A DNA stretch of 64,000 nucleotides from Mustelus asterias. Lineage: Eukaryota. Where the stretch lies: assembly GCF_964213995.1 (NCBI RefSeq), contig NC_135818.1, positions 67,456,001-67,520,000 of the forward strand, given 5' to 3'. Shown here piece after piece: positions 21,400 to 34,457 of this stretch (position 1 is the stretch's first letter; each line of letters starts with the position of its first letter). Made by a program: the position numbers and the translations under genes. The notes below the pieces were generated by a model. It had not been told where the DNA came from. It did not search any database and saw only the letters and a program-made list of their open reading frames with translations.

Positions 21400-21755
21400 T
21401 TGTAGAGTCACGGACACATACAGCACAGAGAAAGGCTCTTCAGCCCATTGCGTCTGCACTGGTCAAAGACAAACCACACAACTATTCTAATCCCATTTTG
21501 CAGCACTTGGCCCATAGCCTTGGCATCACAAGTGCATATTTAAATACTTCTTCAACGTTATGAGCATCTCTGTGTCCACCACCCTTTTGGGCAGTAAGTT
21601 CCAAGCTCCCAGCACCCTTTGGGTTAATTGTTTTCCCCTCATATCCCCACTAAACCTCCTGCCCCTTACCTGAAACTTATGCCCCCTAGTCATTGATCCC
21701 TCCACCAAGGGGAAACGTTTCTTCCTGTCTACTCTATCGATGCCCTTCATCATTT
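21400..21755 (-). mobile_element. CR1 3' end fragment
   Basis: MKGIDRVDRKKRFPLVEGSMTRGHK..WNLLP. Confidence 0.8.
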
Positions 21756-22148
21756 TATTTCTGCAACTTCAAAACCTTCACTTCAGGCAATGCAACATTT
21801 CAACTTCAAAAATATAATTCCTGCACCAAACGCAGACTAAACAGATCCAGTTTTTATAATTATTATGGTATCTTAATTTCCAACTAAACTTTGTATGTGT
21901 ATGCGTTAAAAACTTTAGCCTTGCTTAAGTAACATACAGAGCAATAGAGTGAAAGAAAAACTAAACTTTTGTTTTTTAAGTAAAAAGCCTTTGCTGTTGG
22001 GTTATTTTTATGTGAATTTCTCACTCCTCGGGTAAGAAAATAAACACACACACATCATTGTTCACTGGCAACTTTGGAGGAAATATTTTCAAATATCCGT
22101 GACTTCTACAGTGTAGCGTGATCTCAGGTGATTGGTGCTGACTATTTC

Positions 22149-22449
22149 ACAGAATCCCAACAGTTCAGAAGGAGGCCACTCAGCCCATCGAGCTTGCAGT
22201 GACAACAATCCCACCTACGCCCTATCCCCCAAACCCCATGTATTTACCCTGTTAATCCCCCTGACACTAAGGGGCAATTTAGCATGGCCAATCCACCCAA
22301 CTCGCACATCTTTGGACTGTGGGAGAAATCCATGCAGACACGGGGAGAACATGCAGACTCTGTACAGACAGTCACCCGAGCCAGAATTGAACATGGGTCC
22401 CTGGCGCTGTGAGGCAGCAGTGCTAACCACTGTGCCACCGTGCTGCCCC
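22149..22449 (-). mobile_element. HE1-like SINE
   Basis: Reverse-complement match to SINE consensus. Confidence 0.85.
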
Positions 22450-23599
22450 ATGACTATCCGACTACCGAGAATGGGTTGGTTGTCACAAATTTTGCCAGTA
22501 AATCACGTGTGAAACCAGGGACTAAAATTGCTTTTTTTTCTGTGCTACATATTACATATAATTTACTTTACATAAAGCCATGTGTATATTTTAGATATTT
22601 GTGTGCCAATCCCAGATGGCCATGAAACAGATGGAAGGATTTTTGGCTTGCAGCTTAATTTTAAGAATTCATTAATCATTGTTTATCAGTGGCAGTATTT
22701 ACCAAATACAGTCAAGGGCTTGTCGAAAATAATTTCTGTTTCTTCTTGCAAACCTGCTGCACAAACCCCGTCGATCTTTCAAACTGAAACAGTGCAATGT
22801 GATACGAAACAGTATCTTGTAGCCAACGTGATAACACAGTTCAATGTTAGGTTTCAGCCCGACAGTAATTGAATGAAGCCTTATTTATTCGTGAAATTGC
22901 ATTACGGAAAAAAAGCTAGCGTAATGAAACTTGAGGGTGCAACCTCGAATTCTGTACTTGGAGGTCATACTAGTGTAGCTGCTGTCTGTTCCAGTTATGG
23001 GAATTCATTCCGAGGGCAATTGGAATCTACTTTAATCAAGATTTTTATGTGTGACTTCTTTTCTTTTTGCCACTGATGTCATTGCCTAAAAATAGAATAT
23101 TTTCCAACTTTAGAACCGCATCAGCTTTCTGCGCTCTCACATTTTGGCTTTATGATGGCCCTCGCCTTGCTTCATTAGTGTTTCTTCTTTGGGTCTAGAT
23201 AATTGGATTGAATGGTTCACTGCCTGCTCGAGTGTTAATCCACACAGCAACAATTCACAACACCAATCCTTAACTATTATGACATGTGGTCGAATAGTGA
23301 CCAAATTCCATTTTGTTTTACCTGTGCCAGTTCTAATGTTACAAAGTTCAATACAGGATCTTTCTTGTAACTGCTACATTCATAACCCCATTTCTCTGAA
23401 GTTGTTCACAATTGCTTAACCAGTACTGCGACATTGTATCTTTCCAGAGAACCTTACAAAATGGGTGAAATAACTCCTCAGAGGACAGTGTCCCCTCGCC
23501 AGATTCACTTTATTTACAAACTTACCTCCACTCCTAAGAGTGCTTCAGGTACTAAGTCAGAGTCTGGAGTGTCAGCAGTCCTGACGCTCCTAATATTTA

Positions 23600-24030
23600 T
23601 TTGGAGAGGGTACAGAAGAGGTTTACCAGGATGTTGCCTGGTCTGGTGGGTATTAGCTATGAGGAGAGGTTGGATAAATGCAGTTTGTTCTCACTGGAAC
23701 GACGGAAGTTGAGGGGTGACCTCCCAGAGGTTTACAAGATTATGAGTGGCATGGACAGAGTGGATAGTCAGATGCTCTTTCCTAGGGCAGAAAAGTCAAG
23801 TACTAGTGGAGAGTGGTGAATGCCTGGAACGCGCTGCCCGGGAGGTGGTGGGAGCAGGTATGATAGCGGCATTTAAGGGGCAACTAGACGAATACATGAA
23901 TAGGATGGGAATGGAAGGATGCGGACTCCGTAAGTGCATACGGTTTTAGTTTAGGCAGGCATCATGATCGGCGTAGGCTTGGGGGGCCGAAGGGCCTGTT
24001 CCTGTGCTGTACTTTTCTTTGTTCTTTGTT
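23600..24030 (+). mobile_element. CR1 3' end fragment with internal deletion
   Basis: ERVQKRFTRMLPGL..SYEERL..LRGDL. Confidence 0.85.
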
Positions 24031-25169
24031 CTTTATACAGATGAGACTTCTTGACTGGGCAAACAAACATTAACTCAATCAGGGAGCTCATACTCCAAGA
24101 GGCCAACCTCATGGGCCTCGCTGAGGTCATTACAATGGGTGAATTTGGTGCAGGTGGAAGGTCTGAAACAGGGACCCAACACATCTTGAATCTGCCTGCA
24201 TCCAGTTTTAATGGAGCCTAGACAAGAGGATTGGCTCGCCAACGGCCAGTTAAATAATTTAGTGAGGCTTCATGTTAGGTGATTCTATTTTTTCAACCAC
24301 AGCCCTGTAAGGTGAAAGGAGGTGAGAAGGTTTGGATCCATCAGTAAATGCCTTACGGCACTGCTTGTGGGCCAGGAGAAACAGGAATGTTCCTTCCATG
24401 CCCAACATGTTTAACCCTATAAACCTTTGCTCGATCCTCCCTCATTCACATGAATTATCCACTTTTCCCTCTTCCACTCCAGCTAACACTATTTTGCCGC
24501 TTTGTTGAAATTCCAGGGCATTTGGGCTAACACCCACTTCCAGGTTTCCTGACCATTATTCTTACCCCACTACCCCTTTCCAGAATTGCTTCAAGATTGT
24601 GAATCATTAAATATCGCGGCCTTTGCTGCTGCCAGGCTCAGCAAGTTGTCAGAGATCCTCTCAGCCCAACATGTCTCTGTCTCTGAATTGAACCTATAGT
24701 GATGCCACTGAACGTGAATGTCGAGAAGTCAGAACCTTCATAAAACTGCACATCAATTGATCTGTTGTTTCAATGGACCAGTTCTCTTATCTAGAATTTG
24801 AAGTTCTACGACCCTAGCTTGTAAGACATGGATGAAAATGTTCCACCTACTATTTTTGCTGTTAGAAGTGTGGAAAATGTACAGCAAAATCAGGATTGAC
24901 TCTGATGCTTAGGAGAAAAAAAGCCTTTTCATGTCCAACTAATCTGCATAAGTGCTTCTAATCAAAAATGACAACTGACTCTCGGGCACACAGCTCGCTT
25001 TCTCCAGGGTGACTGTCAAGCGAATTGCTGGTGCTCTGCATTCTGGTCCAGTTTCTCCATTTCACATATAAGAATTCACAGTGCAATGTAAATTCCCATT
25101 ATTTCCCAATATTTCCCTGGTCTGCCTGGAACCTGTTTAGCAAGGGTCACGCTCACTGTGGTAGTTCAA

Positions 25170-25690
25170 AGCCTACCATTCAACAGATGGGGCTTGTCAC
25201 AAGGAGCTTGTTAGAATGCTTCTCATTTCTTGATCCAAGGGAAGTCCGCTGGGAGATCTTGCTCAGGAAGGATGCACTGTATGGGGCATGGAGATGGGAG
25301 GTGGGCAGCAGATGGGTTGAGCAGGTCATCACAGAGTGGGTAAGTGAGGTGTAGCATGGATGGTTTCAACCAGCTTGTGGGCATTCGTCAGTAGGTGAAT
25401 GTCTGGGGGAAAGTCAAGGGAGCTGAGTGTTCTGGTTATGATGTGCGTTGTTGTATTCAATTGCGTGTCAACATGATGTATATGTGCGATAGCCAGACAA
25501 GTGCACATCTCTGTGCTGCAGAATGTGATAGGGAAAGTACTGAATCTGGAGTGTGGTGACAGCAACACTGTACACAGATCCAGCACATCTGGTTATTAGG
25601 TTGTTTCTCATTTTGACCTCTGCTTTTGTTTTCTTCAGATGTTCCCAGAACAACAGAATCCTTTCAAGAGTTACTCCAAAGGTGAATATG
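25170..25690 (-). mobile_element. Vingi-like LINE relic
   Basis: FGVTLERILLFWEHLKKTKAEVKMRNNLI..AG and STEMC..AHIHHVDTQLNTTTHIIT resemble the Vingi post-RT region. Confidence 0.6.
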
Positions 25691-25789
25691 GCTTTGTATC
25701 TTTCATACAATCCTTGCAGTACAGAAGGAGGCCATTCGGTCCATCGAGTCTGTACCAACCACAATCCCACCCAGGCCCTACTCCCATAA

Positions 25790-28035
25790 GAGGAGAAAGT
25801 TTGGTCCCAAACCAGTGTCCTCTGTTTGAACAGAGGGAAATATGATAGGATGAGGGATGAATTGGCTAAGGTAGACTGGGAGAGCAGGCTGGCAGGTAGG
25901 ATAGCTGAGGAACAGTGGAGGATTTTTAAGGAGATCCTTTTCAGTTCTCAGCAAAAATATATTCCAGCAAAAAACAAGGATTGTAAGAAAAGGGAGAACC
26001 AGCCGTGGATAACGAAGGAAATAAAGGAGAGTATTAAAATAAAAACAGCTGCGTACAGAGTGGCCAAAAATAGTGGAGAAACAAGTGATTGGGAAAAATT
26101 TAAGAAACAACAAAGAGAGACTAAGAAAGCGATAAAGAAAGGAAGGATAGACTATGAAGCTAGGCTAGCAATTAATATAAAAATGATAGTAAAAGTTTTT
26201 ATAAATATATAAAAAGGAATAGAGTGGCTAGAGTGAATGTTGGACCCTTGGAGGACGAGAGGGGGGAGTTAATAGTGGGAAATGAGGATATGGCTGAGTC
26301 TTTAAATAAGTTTTTTGTGTCGGTCTTCACGGTGGAGGACACAAATAGTTTGCCAAATATTAACGATAGAGGGTTGGCAGCAGGAGAAATACTTAATACG
26401 ATTAATGTTACCAGAGAGGCAGTGCTGGGTAGACTAATGGGACTGAAGGTGGACAAGTCCCCGGGTCCGGATGGAATGCATCCCAGGGTATTGAAAGAAA
26501 TGTCAGAGGTAATAGTGGATGCGTTAGTGATTATTTATCAAAACTCGTTGCATTCTGGGGTAGTGCCGGTTGATTGGAAAACGGCTAATGTTACGCCGCT
26601 GTTTAAAAAAGGAAGGAGACAAAAGGCGGGTAACTATAGGCCGGTCAGCTTAACGTCTGTAGTAGGGAAAATGCTGGAATCCATTATTAAAGAGGAGATA
26701 GCAGGGCATCTGGATAGAAATGGTTCGATCAATCAGACGCAGCATGGATTCATGAGGGGAAAGTCATGCTTGACGAACATGTTGGATTTTTATGAAGATG
26801 TGACTAGGGTGGTTGATGGAGGAGAACCGGTGGATGCGGTGTTTTTGGATTTCCAAAAGGCATTTGATAAGGTGCCCCATAAAAGGCTGCTGAAGAAGAT
26901 TAGGGCACACGGAGTTGGGGGTAGTGTGTTAAAGTGGATTGGGGACTGGCTATCCAACAGGAAGCAAAGAGTCGGAATAAATGGGTGTTTTTCCGGTTGG
27001 AGGAAGGTAACTAGTGGCGTGCCGCAGGGATCGGTACTCGGGCCGCAACTGTTTACCATTTATATAGATGATCTGGAGGAGGGGACGGAGTGTAGGGTAA
27101 CGAAGTTTGCAGACGACACAAAAATAAGTGGAAAAGTGAATCGTGTGGAGGACGGAGAAGATCTGCAGAGAGATTTGGACAGGCTGAGTGAGTGGGCGAG
27201 GATATGGCAAATGGAGTATAACGTTGATAAATGCGAGGTTATACACTTTGGAGGAAATAATAACAAATGGGATTACTATCTCAATGGAAACAAATTAAAA
27301 CATGCCACCGTGCAAAGGGACCTGGGGGTCCTTGTGCATGAGACGCAAAAGCCCAGTCTGCAGGTACAACAGGTGATCAAGAAGGCAAATGGGATGTTGG
27401 CCTATATCGCGAGGGGGATAGAATATAAAAGCAGGGATGTCTTGATGCACCTGTACAGGGCATTGGTGAGGCCGCAGCTGGAATACTGTGTGCAGTATTG
27501 GTCCCCTTATATGAGGAAGGATATATTGGCATTGGAGGGAGTGCAGAGAAGGTTCACCAGGTTGATACCGGAGATGAGGGGTTTGGATTATGAGGAGAGG
27601 CTGAGGAGATTGGGTTTGTACTCGTTGGAGTTTAGAAGGATGAGGGGGGATCTTATGGAGACTTATAAGATAATGCGGGGGCTGGATAGGGTGGAGGCGG
27701 AGAGATTCTTTCCACTTAGTAAGGAAGTTAAAACTAGAGGACACAGCCTCAAAATAAAGGGGGGTCAGTTTAAGACAGAGTTGAGGAGGAACTTCTTCTC
27801 CCAGAGGGTGGTGAATCTCTGGAATTCTCTGCCCACTGAGGTGGTGGAGGCTACCTCGCTGAATATGTTTAAAGCGCGGATGGATGGATTCCTGATCGGT
27901 GAGGGAATTAAGGGTTATGGGGATCAGGCGGGTAAGTGGTACTGATCCACGTCAGATCAGCCATGATCTTATTGAATGGCGGGGCAGGCTCGAGGGGCTA
28001 GATGGCCTACTCCTGCTCCTATTTCTTATGTTCTT
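25790..28035 (+). mobile_element. Young 5'-truncated CR1 LINE (2.25 kb)
   Basis: ORF2 remnant, 3' UTR and TTCTTATGTTCTT tail; ATAA TSD. Confidence 0.95.
26224..27945 (+). pseudogene. CR1 ORF2 reverse transcriptase domain (open for 573 aa; lacks endonuclease; one upstream frameshift at ~26180)
   Basis: KSPGPDGMHPRVLKE, NYRPVSLTS, FLDFQKAFDKVPH, GVPQGSVLGP, KFADDTK. Confidence 0.92.
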
Positions 28036-29459
28036 ATAACCCCACATATTTACCCTGCTAATCTCCCTGACACTCAGGTCAATTTAGAATGGCCAATCAA
28101 CCTAATCCGCACATCTTTGGAGCGTGGGAGGAAACCGGAACACCCAGAGGAAACCCATGCAGACATGGGGAGAATGTGCAACCTCCAAATAGACAATGAC
28201 CCGAGGCCGGAATTGAACCTGGGTCCCTGGTGCTGTGAGGCAGCAGTGCTAACCACTGTGCGCATATGTGGAGGTATGCAATTCTTTTGTGGAGTTGGAA
28301 TACAGTAGATATGGCTTCAGAGGGATTAAGGATGGGAAACCATTTGCTGCAATAGTCTGTTAACTTTGGAATGTCTTTGTTAAGGATCTGGTTCAGAATG
28401 CAGAAGAATGTGCCACAACATTGATGGACAGATGTCCATCAGCGTGGAGGAATTTGTGGAGTGTGGTTGCTGGGAGGTCATTTGTACACGTGTTGAATAG
28501 GATTGAGGCTAGCACTGAGGCCTTTGGTTGTCCTGACTTCTCCATATACTTCCCCCTTCCCCAAGATGGACGCTAAAATGTTTGTCGTGAAGGAGCGTTT
28601 CAACAGTTATCCCAACGCAGGTTGGAATCATTCTGGACAGCTTTATGAATAAAAATATGAAATATGAATAAAAACTTATCAACTTGCACTTTTTCCAATT
28701 CCTTATTTACTCCTGCAAATCCCTTGTAAACTAGAAATTGCCTTATCCAAGACGCCCACGCTTGTGCCTGGTTTAGCTATTTCCTTATCCAAAATGCATC
28801 GAGCTCTGCTAATTTTCTGTCCATGGCTCTTTTCTTTTCTGGTTGTTACAGGGTTAAATGTCATTGCCTCTTTAAGGTTATCAGTGCAGTAACCGTTTTC
28901 CTTTCCCAATCAGGCTGTCCGCAGCCTGTCGCTTTCAGTCTCTGTGATTTTCCGATGCTTTTTCAGGATCCCTGCAATCGTGGGCGATTCTTTACCTTTT
29001 AAAAAAAACACTGCAGCAATGTCTCCTCGGAAAATCGATTTCAAGGGAATCATTATTGTTTACTCCACAGATGTTATTTTCTCTGTCTTGCACTTTGCTG
29101 ATTTTGGTGAGCTCTCTGGCAATTGGCCGCTCCAGTTTTTTAAAGAAGACTCTTGAACGTTTGGAACTTTGCCTTTAAACTCTGCAAAAAAAGGCTTCCC
29201 TTTCTCTTAAACTCTGTAGACTTTTTTCTATTTTCTTACTGTGCTCTGTAGCTTTCCCTCTTTAATTATGAAGTTTTTCTCCTTTGTCAACTTTCCTTAT
29301 TTGAAGTTTAGTGCAGCACGGCCACCACTGTTGCCATTTGCTGAGTCCCTGGGATTGCCATCTGTTCTGCGATGTAAGAACAGCTTCCTTTTTTTAACTT
29401 TGCTCACTGTCTTGTGACCTGACCAGGTTCTTTGACGCTGCATCTCTCAGGATCTTGCA

Positions 29460-30328
29460 CAGAATCACAGAATGCCTCAGTGCAGAAGAGGCCCTCATGC
29501 CCATCGAGTTTGCACCAATGCCCTGACCTGCCCACCTAATCCCACTTGCCAGCACTTGGCCCATAGCTTTGAATGTTATGGCGTGCTAAGTACTCATCCA
29601 GGTACTTTTTAAACAATGTGAGGCATCCCGCATCCACCACCATCTCAAGCAATGCATTCCAGACCGTCATCACCCTCTGGATAAAAATGTTTTTACTCAA
29701 ATCCCCCCTAAACCTCCCACCCCTCACTTTTAACTTGTGTCCCCTCATAACTGACCCTTCAACTAAGGGGAACAGCTGCTCCCTCTCCACCCTGTCCATG
29801 CCCCTCATAATCTTGAACACCTCAATCAGGTCGCCCCCTCAGTCTTCTCTGCTCCAGAGAAAACAACCCAAGCCTATCCAACCTCTCTTTACAACTTAAA
29901 TGTTCCATCCCAGGCAGCATCCTGGTAAATCTCCTCTGCACCCCCTCCAGTGCATTCATGTCCTTCCTATAATATGGCGACCAGAACTGCACACAGTACT
30001 CCAGCTGTGGCCTCACCAAAGTTCGAGACAACTCCATCATGACCTCTCTGCTTTTGTAATCTATACCCCGATTGATAAAGGTGAGTGTGCCATATGCCTT
30101 TTTCACCACCCTATTTACCTGTCTTTCCGCCTCCAGAGATCTATGACAAACACACCAAGGTCCCTTTGTTCTTCGGAATTTCCCAGTGTCAGACCTTTCA
30201 TAGTATACTTCCTTGTCAAATTAATCCTTCCAAAGTGCATCACCTCACACTTTTCAGGGTTAAATTCCATCTGCCACTTATCCGCCCATTTGACCATCTC
30301 GTCTATATCTTCCTGTAACCCAAGACAC
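29460..30328 (-). mobile_element. CR1 LINE 3' fragment
   Basis: WADKWQMEFNPEKCEVMHFG, VRPQLEYCVQFWSP. Confidence 0.9.
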
Positions 30329-30739
30329 TCAGCAGTTTTTGTACTTTTGCGAATCCATCTTTATGATCGAACCAGTTTTTTACTCTGAATCACTCAGGGT
30401 CTTAGCTTCTGCTTTTTCCGAAGTTTGGTCACCATTTTGTTTGCCGCCTTTCACATCACTGCTAGTCACCATGCTGTGTTATGGTGTCACCACTGAGTTA
30501 TGGGTACGGCTGTGAGATTTTGAGACTTGTATGTTTAAATATAAACCATTTATTGGGTCATCTTTAACCATGTAGAGATCCCAGTTAATGCCATGCACAG
30601 AGATGTTGGGTGAGATTCTCCGGCCTCCGAGCCACGTGTTTCCCGCCAGTGGGAGGTGGCGCGTTGATTGTTAGCGGCAGGGGTGCACTGCCGGCAGGAC
30701 CAGACCGGCCATTGTCTCCATGTAGGCTACTTTTATTAC

Positions 30740-31030
30740 TGAATCCCTGCACTGCAGAAGGAGTCCATTCAGCCCATCGAATCTGCACCCACCACAATCC
30801 CACCCAGGCCCTATTCCCTTAACCCCACATATTTACCCTGCTAATCCCCTGACATTAGGGTCAATTTAGCAATGCCAATCCACCTGACCCGCACATCTTT
30901 GGAATGTGGGAGGGAACCGGAGACACGGGAGAATGTGCAAGCTCCACACAGACAGTGACCCAAGACTGGAATTGAACCCGGGTGCCTGGCGCTGTGAGGC
31001 AGCAGTGCTAACCACTGTGCCACCATGCAG
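30740..31030 (-). mobile_element. HE1-like SINE
   Basis: Reverse-complement match to SINE consensus. Confidence 0.85.
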
Positions 31031-32049
31031 CCCATAGAGTGCACTATGAGCCTATGTGACTCTGTACATCATACCGTGAGCAGTGCTATTCTGCAGTCAC
31101 ATGTTAACCCTTGCTCTGTCGAGCATCTTCACATCACAATTACAGAGGTGACAGAGTTGAGGTATGCCTCCCACCCTGCCTAATGACATGCCCTTCCTGA
31201 CTCCAAGCTCGTCACCAGTGAGAGCAGAAGAACCTGTCCTTCACCTTTAATGCTGCTCTGTTCAGTTTAACTAAAATGTACCGACATTTCTGCGACCTCT
31301 TCTACATTGTTAGAAACATAGTAAAGTATATGCATCTTTGAGGCATTTGATGTCTTGTACTAAGAGAAAGGTTTCAACAGTGGTTCTGCCTCCAGTTGCA
31401 GCTGCTGTTTTGAAGTCTTTACTTTCTCTAACTCTTTCTAAAAAATTCTCTACTAGGTATTGCCGCTGAACAAACCACCTGCTGTTCACTGGACTCAGAC
31501 ATGCTGTCACCCTACTGGCCGAAAGGCTTCACTAACAGATGCAATGAGTCAGAGTGAAGTGATGTGAAATGGATGGGATTGGAGAAAACATTTTTCTTAC
31601 AAATTTGAACTGACCTATTTAAAATGGACTCCGGGGCGAAAGTGAATGAATTTTTGAGTGACACTAAAACTTATATCCCATGATGAAGCTGTTGCATTGA
31701 CAAAAATGAAATAGTTCCTTCTCTGTGAGAAATGAAGTCCAACCTTCAAATTGCTTAATTTGGCTCCGGAGTAATTCTCTCAAGTATCAAACTCACACAC
31801 CTCGTACAGCCCAGATAATTCTGATGAACTAATGTTCCCATCTCTATCACGTACTCTATGCAGCAAACAAAAGCACAACATTCAGTCTGCTCCATCCTGA
31901 CCAAGCTCCTGAATGAAACACCAAAAGATGTGAATGAGCGGGAGAAGTAATCATCTTCTATTTGGGTCATCCTGACATTTCCCCAGCCCCCGCCATGACG
32001 GCCTTTCCCTGTTGCTGCAATACAACTGGACTGCAAAAGGGGACTTGTT

Positions 32050-32352
32050 TTTACAGAGAAGTCCAGGACTAGGTTGAGGGTAAGACCTTTTAGGACTGAG
32101 GTGAGGAGAAATGTTTTCACCCAGAAGGTGGTGAATGTGCGGAATTCACTATCACAGAAAGTGGTTGAGGCCAAAATTGTCCGATTTCAAGAAGAAATTA
32201 GATATAGCTCTTGGGGCTAAAGGGATTAATGGATATGGGAGGAAAGGGGGATCAGGATATTGAATTCGATTATCAGCCATGATCATAATGAATGGCGGAG
32301 CAGGCTCGAAGGGCAGAATGGCCTTCTCCTGCTTCTAGTTTCTATTTTTCTA
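32050..32352 (+). mobile_element. CR1 3' end fragment
   Basis: RTEVRRNVFTQKVVNVRNSL plus a 3' UTR like 27950-28035. Confidence 0.8.
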
Positions 32353-32433
32353 TTAATCTGAGAGGACAAAAAAAGTATTTGGCAAAATTCAAAGCATTTT
32401 TCTGTCGCTGTAAAACAATTTATGTGGACTTCC

Positions 32434-32735
32434 ATAGAATCCTACAGTGCAGAAGGAGGCCATTCAGCCCATTAAGTCTGCGCCAACCACAATCCCGCCC
32501 AGGCCCTATCCCTGTCACCCCACATATTTACCTTGGTTAGTGCCCTGACACTATTGGGCAATTTTGTATGGCCAGTCCACCTAACCCGCACATTGTTGGA
32601 CTGTGGGAGGTAACCGGAGCACCCAGAGGAAACCCACACAGAATGTGCAGACTCCACACAGACAGTGACCTGAGCTGGGAATTGAACCTGGGTCCCTGGC
32701 GCTGTGAGGCAGCAGTGCTATCCACTGTGCCACCC
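32434..32735 (-). mobile_element. HE1-like SINE
   Basis: Reverse-complement match to SINE consensus. Confidence 0.85.
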
Positions 32736-32914
32736 TTTTGAGGAAGTTTCATTTTGTTTCTCTTTAGTCTTTGTTGCATATTGCTGTCATCAGCTGTAAT
32801 GTATAGCAGAGGCTGCTTTAATATGACAATCTATATTGGTTGCATCAATACACTTGTGTTTTATTACTTTTTATAGGATATAAACTTTTTCAATAAATAT
32901 TATTTCCAAACTGA

Positions 32915-32988
32915 TGGGGGGGGGGGGGGGGGGGAGAGGCGGTGGGGGCGGGGCGGTTGCGTGGGGGGATGGGGGGGGGAGTGGGGGA
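32915..32988 (+). repeat. Poly-G / G-run tract (G-quadruplex potential)
   Basis: G-run of about 20 followed by multiple G3-G8 runs. Confidence 0.7.
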
Positions 32989-33730
32989 ACAAACAGTGCC
33001 TCATTTGTGAGCTGCCAAAAGTGAGTTGGTGTAACACCCATCAGTTTATCTCTCCCTCATCGTTTTTGCTATGCCATTATTGTTTAGCTGATTCCGGTTA
33101 AACTAGTTATGTAAAAGGAATGGCATGATGTAACTCTATTGGCCCTTAATGTTGTTTTATTCAGTGCAATACATTTTGTGCTTTACTTGAGTTCCAATGG
33201 TTCCAAGTAACCCTGTCACCTCCACTTTCCAACAGATACAACAGCATTGTGAAAGCATATAAATGTGTCCCACAAATGAAGGGGGAAAATGGGTTCCTGC
33301 CATTTTTAAAAAGTTTTTTTTGGTCTAATACAATCATTTGCATTGTAAACATTGCTTTATTTTTACAGTATTAAAAAATCTATTGAACATGACTTTACTG
33401 TTTTTTTTTCGAGTAGTTTAGCACAAGGAATATTTTTCATACCATCTAGTGGGCTCCTGTCATGTGGCTCAGTCTATAATTTGGTGAGAGTTGGGATTGC
33501 AAACCCCAGGCTAAAACTGCCCTCTGATTATTTTTCCATGCCATGAGGGAACTTCCACTGGTGTCATGCTAATTAGCTACTGTTTAACCCAGCCTGCATT
33601 CATATCAAGTGAGAAGGGTGTGAGGAGCAGTTATAAGCTAAATTTAGTGCTATTTAAGAAAATATTCATGTAATTTGCATGTTCACCATCCTTACAATTT
33701 AACATAATGCTGTCACTTTGTCTTTTGTAG

Positions 33731-33741
33731 CTCCCCAGAAG
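33731..33741 (+). other. Candidate microexon (11 nt CTCCCCAGAAG, or 3 nt AAG)
   Basis: TGTCTTTTGTAG|CTCCCCAG-AAG|GTAAAA with flanking TGCATG motifs in repeat-free DNA. Confidence 0.35.
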
Positions 33742-34457
33742 GTAAAATGCATTATTTATTAGCTGCATGATGTATTTTTCTTCACTAAAAGCATGATTTC
33801 CATGTGCTTAAAACAGTTTTTTTTCCCGCATACTAGCAATGCAAGTTATAGAGTGTTGGTATAATTTATTTGTTCCAAAAGATAAACATGTTTTTCCATG
33901 AGATTAGTAATAAATGCTTGCATCGCTAAAATTTAGGCTTGCTTCGTGAATTGTGACATTGGGAGAATTGTTTAAATGCAGAAGGAAATGCATTACTGGC
34001 AAATAATAAATGTACATTAAACTTTAATTCCATTGGCCTTGTCTGCCAAAATGAGACATCGCCTCGCTGTGAAACATGTTTAAATTTATGAGGACTGCAA
34101 TGGCAGAAAGAAAATACCAAAATCATCATTGATACTCCCAAACATTTTTATCCAACATTCAAGCTGAGGGAACTTTTATTCACAATGAGTATGGCCGGCT
34201 GAACTCCTGTTGCGGCTCCACTTATTCAAGCATTGCAGGCTGTGATATCCAAGTAGATAGCCCAGGTTATTCATTGTATGCCAGGTGGTGGGCATTAACT
34301 GGGGATTCACGTGTCCTCACATCAATGTGAACAGATTAAAATTGGGATTGTTGGATTAGGAAGGCTATGTTTATAACACGCATCACTGTAAACAAACACT
34401 TATGGAACCGTGCAAATATTGGCTCCAGTTGTATCCTTCAGCACCTGTTTTTCTTCT

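Larger units (their letters stand above)
25708..28262 (-). mobile_element. HE1-like SINE split by a CR1 insertion (halves 25708-25789 and 28036-28262)
   Basis: The halves rejoin into a contiguous SINE at a duplicated ATAA. Confidence 0.85.

Noticed and set aside
21233-21500. Inverted repeat 21233-21290 / 21443-21500
   Set aside because: Explained by two opposite-orientation pieces of the same CR1 3' UTR
24949-25100. miR-430-like (TAAGTGCTTCT) and miR-130-like (CAGTGCAATGT) seed matches
   Set aside because: No complementary arm or pre-miRNA hairpin, and the 3' parts do not match
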